Virus record (IMG/VR): IMGVR_UViG_3300020043_003766
Coordinates: 1-36,727 of that record
DNA length: 36,727 bases
DNA from: a virus
Lineage: Duplodnaviria; Caudoviricetes
Direction: 5' to 3' (one strand)
The notes below the pieces were generated by a model. That model ran no database searches and was not told the origin of the DNA. It saw nothing but the letters and a program-made list of their open reading frames with translations. Numbering within the stretch: the stretch's first letter is position 1; each line of letters begins with the position of its first letter. A program made the translations under genes and the position numbers. Positions 27,320 to 35,446 of this stretch are shown here, piece after piece.

Positions 27320-27727
27320 TTAACCGAATACAATTTCTCCCATCAACAAGTATTGGAACACAGCATCTGCATCTTCTGCGTCAAAGTCCTCGTTCAATAT
27401 GTTGATCAAACAACCAAGCACTCCCTTGTCGTTGTGTATCGTGAGCATGCGTTGGGCGATTAGGTCGCGGGTCAATACCCCGAGTTGGTCTCCGCTCTCT
27501 ACATCTTTCACCGGTACCTTGACATTGTATTCATGGATGGCTTTCCATGTGGCCTCAGAGAATGATCCATTGGGCACCGCGTTACGGATGGTATCGCATG
27601 TCTTGTTCGACAGGTAGGCCCAGTAGTTACTGCCACCCTCGAGTGCCGTAACGAATAGGTCTTCCATTGTTTGATAGGCGATGGGTAACATCACCATTAG
27701 TTCTTTTTGTTCAGTGTTTGCTTTCAT
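27320..27727 (-). CDS. Hypothetical phage protein
   Basis: TALEGGSNYW...DAEDADAVFQY..GEIVFG; co-oriented gene run. Confidence 0.75.
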   Translation of the reverse strand: MKANTEQKELMVMLPIAYQTMEDLFVTALEGGSNYWAYLSNKTCDTIRNAVPNGSFSEATWKAIHEYNVKVPVKDVESGDQLGVLTRDLIAQRMLTIHNDKGVLGCLINILNEDFDAEDADAVFQYLLMGEIVFG

Positions 27728-27890
27728 CTTTTTCTTGTTTTAGTTTGTATAATGCTACCATTGCGATGAATAGGAACGACAACCCTATGCCACCGGCTAT
27801 GATTTGTGCAGTGATTGGATAGTGAACGATGCACCACCCGTAAAGTAATCCGCTAAGGATTGTCGTAAATACTATCGCAAAGTTTCTCAT
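27711..27890 (-). CDS. Small two-TM membrane protein (59 aa; not in track)
   Basis: MRNFAIVFTTILSGLLYGWC...IIAGGIGLSFLFIAMVALYKLKQEKDESKH*. Confidence 0.65.
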   Translation of the reverse strand: MRNFAIVFTTILSGLLYGWCIVHYPITAQIIAGGIGLSFLFIAMVALYKLKQEKDESKH

Positions 27891-27895
27891 GGTCT

Positions 27896-28090
27896 CTAGC
27901 TGATTGATTTGTAGATACGAGTTGAGCCATCGTCCATGATGGACATCTGAGGTTTGAACTTTTTCATTGCAGTTTGCACCGTGTCGATGAACCGCTCTCT
28001 GTTGTCGGAGTCCAGGTACAACAAGCGATCGATGATCTCTTGCACGAACTCGCGCCTCTCTTCTACCGATGTAATTCTTTTGCGTCTCAT
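27896..28090 (-). CDS. Hypothetical protein
   Basis: ATGA overlap in the minus-strand run. Confidence 0.6.
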   Translation of the reverse strand: MRRKRITSVEERREFVQEIIDRLLYLDSDNRERFIDTVQTAMKKFKPQMSIMDDGSTRIYKSIS

Positions 28091-28365
28091 ATGCGGTCCT
28101 CCTTTTCTATCTCCTTGTTGTCAACCAATAGCACATCACCAAGCAGGAGAATGCCAGCCATGCTTGTCGCTATTGGGTTAGGTTCCAATCCAATCAGCGC
28201 TGCGTCTTCGTTAACGCAGAACGTCATGTCAAGATTTGTACGGACATACTCGATGTACCCACCGACTGCCTTTTGCTTTTTGTTTAGGTCTGATGCGTCA
28301 TACTTGTCGATCACATCACCGTGTCTTGTAATTAGTATTGCCATGTTCTTAGTGTTTGATTTCAA
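28087..28365 (-). CDS. DUF3846-like protein
   Basis: QKAVGGYIE, VNED...L.PN..AT and L.GDVLL pattern. Confidence 0.7.
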   Translation of the reverse strand: MKSNTKNMAILITRHGDVIDKYDASDLNKKQKAVGGYIEYVRTNLDMTFCVNEDAALIGLEPNPIATSMAGILLLGDVLLVDNKEIEKEDRI

Positions 28366-28837
28366 ATTCTACATAATCTTTGTCGAGACTCCGGCGAGCC
28401 AAGACTTTGTAATCGTCATTGGTAATCTCAGTCAGCGCACCATACGAGTAGCCATCGGCACCATACTGGGATTGGTTGGTAATATACGACATCGCACAAT
28501 ACCACTTGTCTCCCGGCTTGATTATCTTGTACTGCTCTCTTGGCATACCCTGTACTGCTTTGTCATTCCTGTAATCTTCGCCATCGAAGAAACCAATCTG
28601 CTCGCTATGCACCTTGATGATTAGCTGATCAGGCGTCGACAGCATGATGCGTGAATCCTCATGTGTGGCTTTCAACTCTTGGATGTTCATGCTTAAATCG
28701 AACGACACATCAACACACCACACACCCTTGCGGACACGCTCGAATACTAAGCAATCTACTGTGTCGCTGACGACACAAGGATCTGATACCACCATGATGC
28801 CTGACTTGTTAATAAACTTGAATCGTAAGTTAATCAT
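28349..28837 (-). CDS. Hypothetical protein (DUF4241-like SDPC motif)
   Basis: SG.MVVSDPC, V..G.W, V.S.QIGFFD and YGADG. Confidence 0.55.
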   Translation of the reverse strand: MINLRFKFINKSGIMVVSDPCVVSDTVDCLVFERVRKGVWCVDVSFDLSMNIQELKATHEDSRIMLSTPDQLIIKVHSEQIGFFDGEDYRNDKAVQGMPREQYKIIKPGDKWYCAMSYITNQSQYGADGYSYGALTEITNDDYKVLARRSLDKDYVEFEIKH

Positions 28838-29160
28838 CTTCCTCCAAATATTGAAAAGTTATTTGTCATTGCCAGTGTAATGATTGAATTAGTTGTGTCT
28901 TCTGATACCAATAAATCACGCTTCAATATGTCCTCGTCGAAGTACCTTGAGCATAGCACATACCGCACCAACTCTGCCTCTATGTACTGATTGATTCTCA
29001 TGCGCACCTCGTCACTGGCTTCCTTGTACAAACTTCTTTGCTTTACAATTGATACCGCGTAGTTTACCTCGCGAATTAATAATGATTCTAAATCTTTTAT
29101 TGTCATATGTCTTCTATTAATTAACCTTCCCAAAGCATGATCGTTCCCGGATCGTGCCAT
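28834..29160 (-). CDS. Hypothetical protein
   Basis: ORF in the minus-strand run; the real start is probably the internal MTIK. Confidence 0.55.
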   Translation of the reverse strand: MARSGNDHALGRLINRRHMTIKDLESLLIREVNYAVSIVKQRSLYKEASDEVRMRINQYIEAELVRYVLCSRYFDEDILKRDLLVSEDTTNSIITLAMTNNFSIFGGR

Positions 29161-29372
29161 TCAAAATACCATCCATTGATCTCTACAAAATTGTGGAGTT
29201 TAGGATTGACACCAAAGGTATCGTACCACCTCTCGCTGTGGTAGTTGAACCATTGGTCGGTGCCCTCTGCCGATATCCAAACACCGCCAATGGCGCCGTT
29301 GAATTCTTCGGTGATGCCCACCACATTAACGCCCTTCTCTTGAAGGGATTTGATAATTTGTTTCCTTGTCAT
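29121..29372 (-). CDS. Hypothetical protein
   Basis: GVWISAE...FGVNPKL...GWYFEWHDPGT. Confidence 0.7.
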   Translation of the reverse strand: MTRKQIIKSLQEKGVNVVGITEEFNGAIGGVWISAEGTDQWFNYHSERWYDTFGVNPKLHNFVEINGWYFEWHDPGTIMLWEG

Positions 29373-29374
29373 AG

Positions 29375-30103
29375 TTATGAGTGATTGAAAATGTATACTG
29401 ATTTACTACCCTTCCCTCTTACACCACTGCACAGCGCACACTTACTGCATGTACTCTTGAAGCCAGCCTCGCTTGATGCCGGGCAGTTGACCATGCCGTC
29501 GTGCTTGGTGTGGGTGCTGTCGTCCATGAACGCGCGCCATCCCATCGTCTCTGCTGTCTTGGTCTGCTCTACATCATGCGTCGATGCCATAAAGAAATCT
29601 CGGTAGTAGTACGCCCATGGCTTGTCCCATTGGTGTGTGTACCCCGACCATGTCTTGGCTACCACTGAGATACATCTCAACAATGAGATTGGTATGAGTG
29701 ATGGCTCGCCATAGGTACCGAACCGTACATACCTTCTGTTGCACATCGCCACCACATCCGCACCGATCTGATCGCTGTATTGTGGTATGTCGTCCCATGA
29801 TTGGTATTGGTTACCGATGCTACGCAGTTGCGATAGCATACCCGAATACTGCATCCGCTTGTGAGTGTAGCAACCCTTCAACTCTGCGCCATTGCTCATT
29901 GCATACGGGCAGTCCAAACATACATCGCCGTCCTTGCTGAAGAACGATTGCATGCTCGTCTTGGATTGTGCATTCTCAAACTGATCTCTACTGTAGTGGT
30001 AGGTCTGAATGATCTTCTCACCTTTGGGTGCGATCTTGTCGTTCGTGGTCTTGTCCAAACGGACAACACACAGGGTGTCCCCGATAATAAATTCAGTTCT
30101 CAT
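29375..30103 (-). CDS. Cysteine-rich phage protein (GP88-like, possibly Fe-S or Zn binding)
   Basis: CLDCP...CY, VRFGTYGEP, GYTHQW, FMAS and CPAS...TCSKCALC; start reassigned to MRTEF at 30103. Confidence 0.6.
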   Translation of the reverse strand: MRTEFIIGDTLCVVRLDKTTNDKIAPKGEKIIQTYHYSRDQFENAQSKTSMQSFFSKDGDVCLDCPYAMSNGAELKGCYTHKRMQYSGMLSQLRSIGNQYQSWDDIPQYSDQIGADVVAMCNRRYVRFGTYGEPSLIPISLLRCISVVAKTWSGYTHQWDKPWAYYYRDFFMASTHDVEQTKTAETMGWRAFMDDSTHTKHDGMVNCPASSEAGFKSTCSKCALCSGVRGKGSKSVYIFNHS

Positions 30104-30184
30104 GTTTGCTTTTGTTTTTTTGTGTCTTCGAAGACACGACACTGAGCAACCAACAAAAGATGCCGTGTCCTCTCCAACACAATA

Positions 30185-30216
30185 CAAAGGTAATACAATT
30201 CTTCTACAATTCCAAA
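30185..30216 (-). promoter_or_regulatory. Bacteroidota-type promoter
   Basis: TTTG-N20-TACCTTTG on the minus strand; a palindrome lies about 50 bp downstream. Confidence 0.8.
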
Positions 30217-30238
30217 TTGCATCCCCATTTGTACACGG

Positions 30239-30463
30239 TTATAGACTGTCGATGTCCTCCAATCTTGATTCTTGTTCGTCCAAGTAGTCAGAATAGTAAT
30301 CGAGCAGTTCCATTGTGTAGTCGGGCTCGAGCCCTCTGTCTTGCAATATCTCTTCTGGGTCTGCCCCATGGTCAATGAGCCTACACATCGTGCGTATCTC
30401 GCTCGCCGCGTCGCACTGCCCGTAGTCATCCTCCCGGCATAGTGCTTCTAATAGTGTCATCAT
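30239..30463 (-). CDS. Small acidic hypothetical protein
   Basis: G.DPEEIL...GLEPDY motif; very Asp/Glu-rich. Confidence 0.7.
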   Translation of the reverse strand: MMTLLEALCREDDYGQCDAASEIRTMCRLIDHGADPEEILQDRGLEPDYTMELLDYYSDYLDEQESRLEDIDSL

Positions 30464-31161
30464 GATAAGTTATGTTGGTCTAATAATTCTTGTGGTACGG
30501 GTTCGTATTCGCTGTAGTCGTAGTAGTAGCCGGCCTCGACACCTTCTCGGACAGGGCTTTCGCATATATCACTCATCAACTTGGTGATCTGTCCGTTGTC
30601 GGTTTCGATGCCCGTACCTTCCCACTCCGGTGCTTCGTACTCCTCGAACAGTTCGAACACCCCATTCTCGTACTGCACATAGCCACCCCACCCCTGCTCT
30701 TCCTCGTAGTGGAGGATGAAGTTGGGAAAGTCCACCGCCAATGCCTCCAATATGATCAGATTGAATGGTGCCCATGCCGTGCTGAATCGAATCGTGTCGC
30801 CATCCACCTCGTGGTCGTAGCATCCCCACTTGGTGCCCCAATTTTGGAACGCCCAGTCATACCAATTATCCACCCCATACTTGCGCATCAACTCCACCTG
30901 CATTTTCTTGGTGATGACCTTCTTCCTGCGTACGCCATACGGATCGTCCTCATCGGTGATCTTGGCATTCTCCTTCATGATTTTGTTGTACTCGCGCTGA
31001 GTTACCACCTTCGTTGGCGATGTGGTATTACGAATGTCGTCCGGCATGGGTCGATAGTACCCACACAATCCGTTAAGTGTTGAGGCAATGACCTCAAGTT
31101 TCTGTCTCTGCTCGTCACTCAAATCCGTGAACGAGATCCTGTTGTAAACGTGGTTTGGCAT
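30460..31161 (-). CDS. YubB/DUF1281-like ferredoxin-fold protein
   Basis: MPN...N.I, WYDW...NWGTKW, F.TAW.P and FP...L.YEEE.G motifs. Confidence 0.75.
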   Translation of the reverse strand: MPNHVYNRISFTDLSDEQRQKLEVIASTLNGLCGYYRPMPDDIRNTTSPTKVVTQREYNKIMKENAKITDEDDPYGVRRKKVITKKMQVELMRKYGVDNWYDWAFQNWGTKWGCYDHEVDGDTIRFSTAWAPFNLIILEALAVDFPNFILHYEEEQGWGGYVQYENGVFELFEEYEAPEWEGTGIETDNGQITKLMSDICESPVREGVEAGYYYDYSEYEPVPQELLDQHNLS

Positions 31162-31165
31162 AGTG

Positions 31166-31681
31166 TTATCTATTTATTTTGTGGTATAGTTGGGTGATGG
31201 CGTTCTTGAATGTATCTCCTTTCATTAGGCCATCGAGTGAAGGGTACTCTATGGTTCGGATGAAATACTCTAAGGTTGGCATCAGTTCGTACTGGCGCAG
31301 TCCGTTCTTGGCACGAAACAATGTTGGTGCTTTCGCGCTGATTGTGAACCGCTCGTCGTACCCTTGAGTCTTTCCGAACCAAACAGTTTCACCGCAATAG
31401 TCCGAGCCGGGGCTCCTGTGAAGCGGATCGCAGTCCACCTCAATACCCAACTTCTCGCACTCGGATATCAAGTACTTCATGTCCTGCTCGAATTGCTTGC
31501 TCAACTCCGCATAGATGGCTCGGTTCTTGATTTCAATGGCCTCGAAGTCACGCTTGGTCTGATTGATTTCGTCGAGCAAAATGTCCGCGAATGATGTTGG
31601 CTTGGGGTAATCGTTCATCGCCATAAATTCTTCCGTAATCTTGGCGATCAGTTGTTGTTGGTTTTCAGTTAGTTGGTTCAT
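31166..31681 (-). CDS. Hypothetical protein
   Basis: 171 aa ORF in the co-oriented run. Confidence 0.7.
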   Translation of the reverse strand: MNQLTENQQQLIAKITEEFMAMNDYPKPTSFADILLDEINQTKRDFEAIEIKNRAIYAELSKQFEQDMKYLISECEKLGIEVDCDPLHRSPGSDYCGETVWFGKTQGYDERFTISAKAPTLFRAKNGLRQYELMPTLEYFIRTIEYPSLDGLMKGDTFKNAITQLYHKINR

Positions 31682-31862
31682 AATGTTGTCCTAGTTTGTC
31701 CCATAAGTTTGCTCGTAAGCCTACTTCTAAATTGTCTACATACACCTCGATGCATTCATCGAGTTGCTCGTTCCATACTTCGACGCACACGCCGAATACG
31801 GTGTTTTCTGCGGTGAACCCCTTACTTTGGTACCACGCCACTGCTTTTTGTTCCTGTGTCAT
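31665..31862 (-). CDS. Hypothetical protein
   Basis: ATGA overlap. Confidence 0.65.
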   Translation of the reverse strand: MTQEQKAVAWYQSKGFTAENTVFGVCVEVWNEQLDECIEVYVDNLEVGLRANLWDKLGQHYEPTN

Positions 31863-32092
31863 ATCGTGTGAATTAATACGGCTCCGCTTTCGTTTTGGTA
31901 GAACATGGCTCCGCCGTCGTTGCCTTCGTCATCTGCTTGTGGGATGAGAAGAGATCCGTCAGTGAACCTGATTACGAGTGGTCTGCTATGCCACCCTGCC
32001 TCGTCCGCTTCTTCTTTGGTCATGTAGCGTACGCTTGAGATTTTCTTTGTCGCTAAGAACATGAAGTTGTTTGCGTATTGTTGGTCTGTCAT
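31859..32092 (-). CDS. Hypothetical phage protein
   Basis: VRYMT.EEA...GW..RP.VI.F.DG....P..DDEGN.GG motif. Confidence 0.7.
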   Translation of the reverse strand: MTDQQYANNFMFLATKKISSVRYMTKEEADEAGWHSRPLVIRFTDGSLLIPQADDEGNDGGAMFYQNESGAVLIHTI

Positions 32093-32643
32093 GATAGTTG
32101 GTTTAAGATTTGTTGTTTGATTTCTTCAGTTGTTATCCGTGTTAGGTATGAGTCCAATTCATCCTTGAGTCCGCTTGTCTCGTGGTCGTATCCGTAGTAC
32201 CCATAGCATGAATCAATCTCCTCAGTGTCTTCGAAGACACGCACCCCATACACCTCGCCGTTAATGTAGTGAGCGAACTCCTTGAGTTCTTCGGTGACAT
32301 TGATGTATGCCTCGTGTGCATTGCCCTCGTTGCTGACGATGAAGCCAACTTGCCCCGAGTCGAATGGGCACTCGAACGAATTGACTGATAATGCCACACC
32401 GCCATGGTCGTACATGTACACTGGGTACACCCACTTATACTCCTTGTCCAATGCATCCTTCATTTCGTCCCACGATGCGTAATCGCCGTGTCTGATACCT
32501 ACCTCGTTCGGAAAGAGGTAGTGTTTGTGGAACATCACGAACTTGGTCGCATTGTCCCATGAGCGTGGGCTGTCCGCAAATTCGTCGCAGATAATCTCTA
32601 CCGAGATGTTTTCTACCTTGATTTCTTGTTGTGTCATAATCAT
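32089..32643 (-). CDS. Acidic hypothetical phage protein
   Basis: SPR.WDN, YMYDHGG..LS, FDSGQVG and DSCYGYYG; contains the palindrome in-frame (VFEDT). Confidence 0.75.
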   Translation of the reverse strand: MIMTQQEIKVENISVEIICDEFADSPRSWDNATKFVMFHKHYLFPNEVGIRHGDYASWDEMKDALDKEYKWVYPVYMYDHGGVALSVNSFECPFDSGQVGFIVSNEGNAHEAYINVTEELKEFAHYINGEVYGVRVFEDTEEIDSCYGYYGYDHETSGLKDELDSYLTRITTEEIKQQILNQLS

Positions 32644-33314
32644 TTTGTGTCTTCGAAGACACTTCTTTTGGTCATCATATCTATTAACTCGTCACTTGTG
32701 TATGTGATACTCGGATCGTCCGAGTCCACCGCTTCGATGAACCCCTCGCGTAGATCTTCGTCAATCTCATAACTGTCCATGTACTCACGCAAGTATTCGT
32801 GTATGCTATACTCCTCGTGTGTGGTGAACAACTTGGCATTGGTGTACCCACCCCGTGCATCGCACCCACCATGGATCTGCAACAGCAAGTACACGTCGCC
32901 GTTGATTTCAACCCAACTGCCCTGCAGTATCTGCGATAGATCCGAGTCTCCGTTGTAGGTGTTGAATGTGTACCCCACTTTGACCTCGAACTTGGATTTG
33001 AGCCAATCCCATTGTGCCTTGCTCACACCATACACCTCGTCATCCGCATCCCAATCCCTGCATGGCATGGCGTTGAACTCCTCACATATCCAGTCCGTGT
33101 CCAACTGCGACAGGAAGTGGAACACCGATACAGTTCTCTCCAAATAGTTGCCACTCTTGTGGTAGGTGTACATCTCCTCGGGTTCGTTCTCGAAGTCTTC
33201 GATCGTCCGTGCTTGGTTTCGCTCCCATGCCCTGCCGTATGCACCCCCACTATCGAGGGGGTGACGGCCGGTGTTCTCGGTGAGCATGTCGAAAATTAGT
33301 TGCTTGATTCGCAT
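32640..33314 (-). CDS. Acidic hypothetical phage protein
   Basis: MLTENTG...LDSGGAYGR.WERN, NTYN..S.LSQ.LQ and QIHGGCDARGGYT; ends in the palindrome (SVFEDTK). Confidence 0.75.
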   Translation of the reverse strand: MRIKQLIFDMLTENTGRHPLDSGGAYGRAWERNQARTIEDFENEPEEMYTYHKSGNYLERTVSVFHFLSQLDTDWICEEFNAMPCRDWDADDEVYGVSKAQWDWLKSKFEVKVGYTFNTYNGDSDLSQILQGSWVEINGDVYLLLQIHGGCDARGGYTNAKLFTTHEEYSIHEYLREYMDSYEIDEDLREGFIEAVDSDDPSITYTSDELIDMMTKRSVFEDTK

Positions 33315-33631
33315 GACAATTCATCTCTTAAGTTAACCATCAACTGATAAGCCCAATCCTTGATTGTGCCTTTAACAGAGTATTCCCATTCCAACTCGAC
33401 TGATATCTCCATTCCACATACACTTGTGTCCATCTCCACCATGTCCGTGAGATACATGTCTGACCTGAAGTTTTCCGACATCTCCTCTGCGATGCGTCGA
33501 ATCACCTCGTCGGTGAGTGTCATCGAAGACACTTGTGTTGCCTTGGCTTCTGCAAGTAATGCTTGCATCTGCTGTAAATTTGCCTCGGTGCGTTGCACCA
33601 TTTCTTCCATGATTTGAATTTGGTTGTTCAT
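33296..33631 (-). CDS. Hypothetical protein
   Basis: Coiled-coil N-terminus; palindrome variant in-frame (VSSMT). Confidence 0.65.
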   Translation of the reverse strand: MNNQIQIMEEMVQRTEANLQQMQALLAEAKATQVSSMTLTDEVIRRIAEEMSENFRSDMYLTDMVEMDTSVCGMEISVELEWEYSVKGTIKDWAYQLMVNLRDELSCESSN

Positions 33632-33643
33632 ATTTTTTTTGTT

Positions 33644-33943
33644 TTAATTGGTTGCGTTTGTTGTGTCTTCGAAGACACTTTCTTTCTCATATTCTACAAG
33701 TGGCTTGTCAGTGCCGTCAACTTCGTTGAACACTTGTATTAGTTCGTTTACATACGTCACATAGAAGTCGGGATGGAACATGGATATACGCCCATTGGCC
33801 GTGTCTTCCCTGTCCTTGGCGTAAATTGCCGGGATTTGTTCCACCAACTCCATCGTGTCGTGCTGAAGCCTCTGCATTAAGTACGATGCGTAGATCGGAT
33901 GCATGTTTCGGATGGCTTTCGCCAATTTGTCTTGTGATTTCAT
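33644..33943 (-). CDS. Hypothetical protein
   Basis: Start reassigned to MKSQD (ATGA overlap); palindrome near the 3' end (SVFEDT). Confidence 0.65.
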   Translation of the reverse strand: MKSQDKLAKAIRNMHPIYASYLMQRLQHDTMELVEQIPAIYAKDREDTANGRISMFHPDFYVTYVNELIQVFNEVDGTDKPLVEYEKESVFEDTTNATN

Positions 33944-34269
33944 GATTTTAGATTTCTTAATAGTAGTTCTACTTTTGATAGTTGTTCTAAGTTCCATATT
34001 ATACCGTCTCTGCTGTCTAACTCTGAGTTGTACTCAATCTCTAATTGATGTTGTGCGTTACCCACAGCGAGAATCATCTCATTCAATTCGGTGTCTGACA
34101 AATCCGCCTTTGGCGTCTTTGTGTCTTCGATGACACTTTCTGTTAGTATTCCACCCCACTCAAGTGCCAACTTCTCCAAGCATGGAAGCAATGCCATATA
34201 CACCCACTCATCTTGGATCGTAGCCACGCATTCCGCATGGACGCTCGTTTCTATATATACTTTTATCAT
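33940..34269 (-). CDS. Hypothetical protein
   Basis: MIKVY.E...HAE.VAT...E..Y...LP.LEKLA; palindrome variant in-frame (SVIEDT). Confidence 0.7.
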   Translation of the reverse strand: MIKVYIETSVHAECVATIQDEWVYMALLPCLEKLALEWGGILTESVIEDTKTPKADLSDTELNEMILAVGNAQHQLEIEYNSELDSRDGIIWNLEQLSKVELLLRNLKS

Positions 34270-34727
34270 TACAATAAGCCCTCCTCGGCCATGGATGTGT
34301 GTGAATCTAATGTGAGAATGATGTGGTCTACCAACTTGATGTCAAACAATTCAAGCCCACGCTTGACACGATCGGTAATTTGGATGTCCGCATCCGACGC
34401 CTGTGTCTTGCCACTCGGGTGGTTGTGCATCATAATCACTGCGGTTGAATTGCACATGACCGCACCTTGCACCAAGCCCTTGATGTCAACCACCGTGGAC
34501 GTGGTGTTGCCCTTTGACAACTGCAAGAACCCAATGGGGCGGTTCGCATTGTTGAGATACCCCACCCACATTTCTTCGTGGTGTTCCATCACGTCTTCGG
34601 GAAAGATACCACGAAAGAAGTTCGCCGCGTGTTCGGAGTTCCTAATCTGAGTTTTGATGAGTTTCTCATCCAAGTTGGTGCGTCGGTATCCAATACTGAC
34701 CTCACCCAAGAACCATTTGTTTTTCAT
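34269..34727 (-). CDS. RadC-like JAB-domain protein
   Basis: EE.....LN.AN, S.G....T.VD and HNHPSG...S.AD..IT......L.DI.L.DHII (JAMM motif); lacks the N-terminal HhH domain. Confidence 0.9.
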   Translation of the reverse strand: MKNKWFLGEVSIGYRRTNLDEKLIKTQIRNSEHAANFFRGIFPEDVMEHHEEMWVGYLNNANRPIGFLQLSKGNTTSTVVDIKGLVQGAVMCNSTAVIMMHNHPSGKTQASDADIQITDRVKRGLELFDIKLVDHIILTLDSHTSMAEEGLL

Positions 34728-34757
34728 ATGTTGCTTTTGCTTTGCCTTTGGTTACGG

Positions 34758-34967
34758 TCACTCGGTGCTTGCACCGTGTGATTGTGTCTTCGAAGACACT
34801 TTGTCTTTTATTTCTTGTGGCGTTTCCATTACACGTATCGTGCCTATCATCGTGGATACGATGGAGCCAGTGCCGTCTTCGTTTGATACATAGTAAATTG
34901 CCTCGGGGTTTACCAATACTCTTTGGATACCACCACTTGCCATGATTTGTTTGAGTGTGATTAACAT
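34758..34967 (-). CDS. Hypothetical protein (possibly FlbD/SwrD-like)
   Basis: MLITL...VLVNP..I.YV...V.ETPQEI pattern; start reassigned to 34967. Confidence 0.55.
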   Translation of the reverse strand: MLITLKQIMASGGIQRVLVNPEAIYYVSNEDGTGSIVSTMIGTIRVMETPQEIKDKVSSKTQSHGASTE

Positions 34968-35221
34968 AATTGTTTTGTTAGTTGGTTGGTGTGGGTTTCG
35001 ATTAAACCATAGGCGTTGCATACATCCTTTGCGAATACTTCTATCTCAATTTGTGTCTTCGAAGACACTTGCTCGAGTAAGTAATAATCGGCGATGGTTT
35101 GTAACATCTCCTTGTACATACACACAGCCCGTTCACGGGTGCATTTGTTGAACGTCATCAACTGCATGATGACCTTTTCTGATAGTGTCTTCGAAGACAC
35201 TTGATTTTGTTGGTTATTCAT
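34961..35221 (-). CDS. Hypothetical protein, first gene after the tandem promoters
   Basis: Contains two in-frame palindromes (QVSSKT twice). Confidence 0.65.
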   Translation of the reverse strand: MNNQQNQVSSKTLSEKVIMQLMTFNKCTRERAVCMYKEMLQTIADYYLLEQVSSKTQIEIEVFAKDVCNAYGLIETHTNQLTKQLC

Positions 35222-35243
35222 AGTGCTGTTTATTAGAACAATA

Positions 35244-35275
35244 CAAAGATACTACAAAGGTATGACACTACCAAA
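35244..35275 (-). promoter_or_regulatory. Bacteroidota-type promoter
   Basis: TTTG-N20-TATCTTTG on the minus strand. Confidence 0.8.
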
Positions 35276-35414
35276 TCTAACTGCGGATAATCCACAGCCA
35301 TGAACTTGCCTTGCCTTGTTGACGTGTCCGCATCGTTTCGATGCGTCCTTGTGTCTTCGAAGACACTTGCCATGATTAATTTGTTGCGTCTTGCCATGCC
35401 TTAATTGAACAATA

Positions 35415-35446
35415 CAAAGGTACTACAAAAATACTACATTGCCAAA
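35415..35446 (-). promoter_or_regulatory. Bacteroidota-type promoter (tandem copy)
   Basis: TTTG-N20-TACCTTTG on the minus strand. Confidence 0.8.

Noticed and set aside
28895-28910. Degenerate palindrome GTGTCTTCTGATACCA (and a half-site at 33801)
   Set aside because: Only one half-site matches, which could be chance, so it was not counted among the copies.
27974-31083. Long plus-strand ORFs such as 27974..28624 and 30490..31083
   Set aside because: They are antisense shadows of a densely packed, translationally coupled minus-strand operon.
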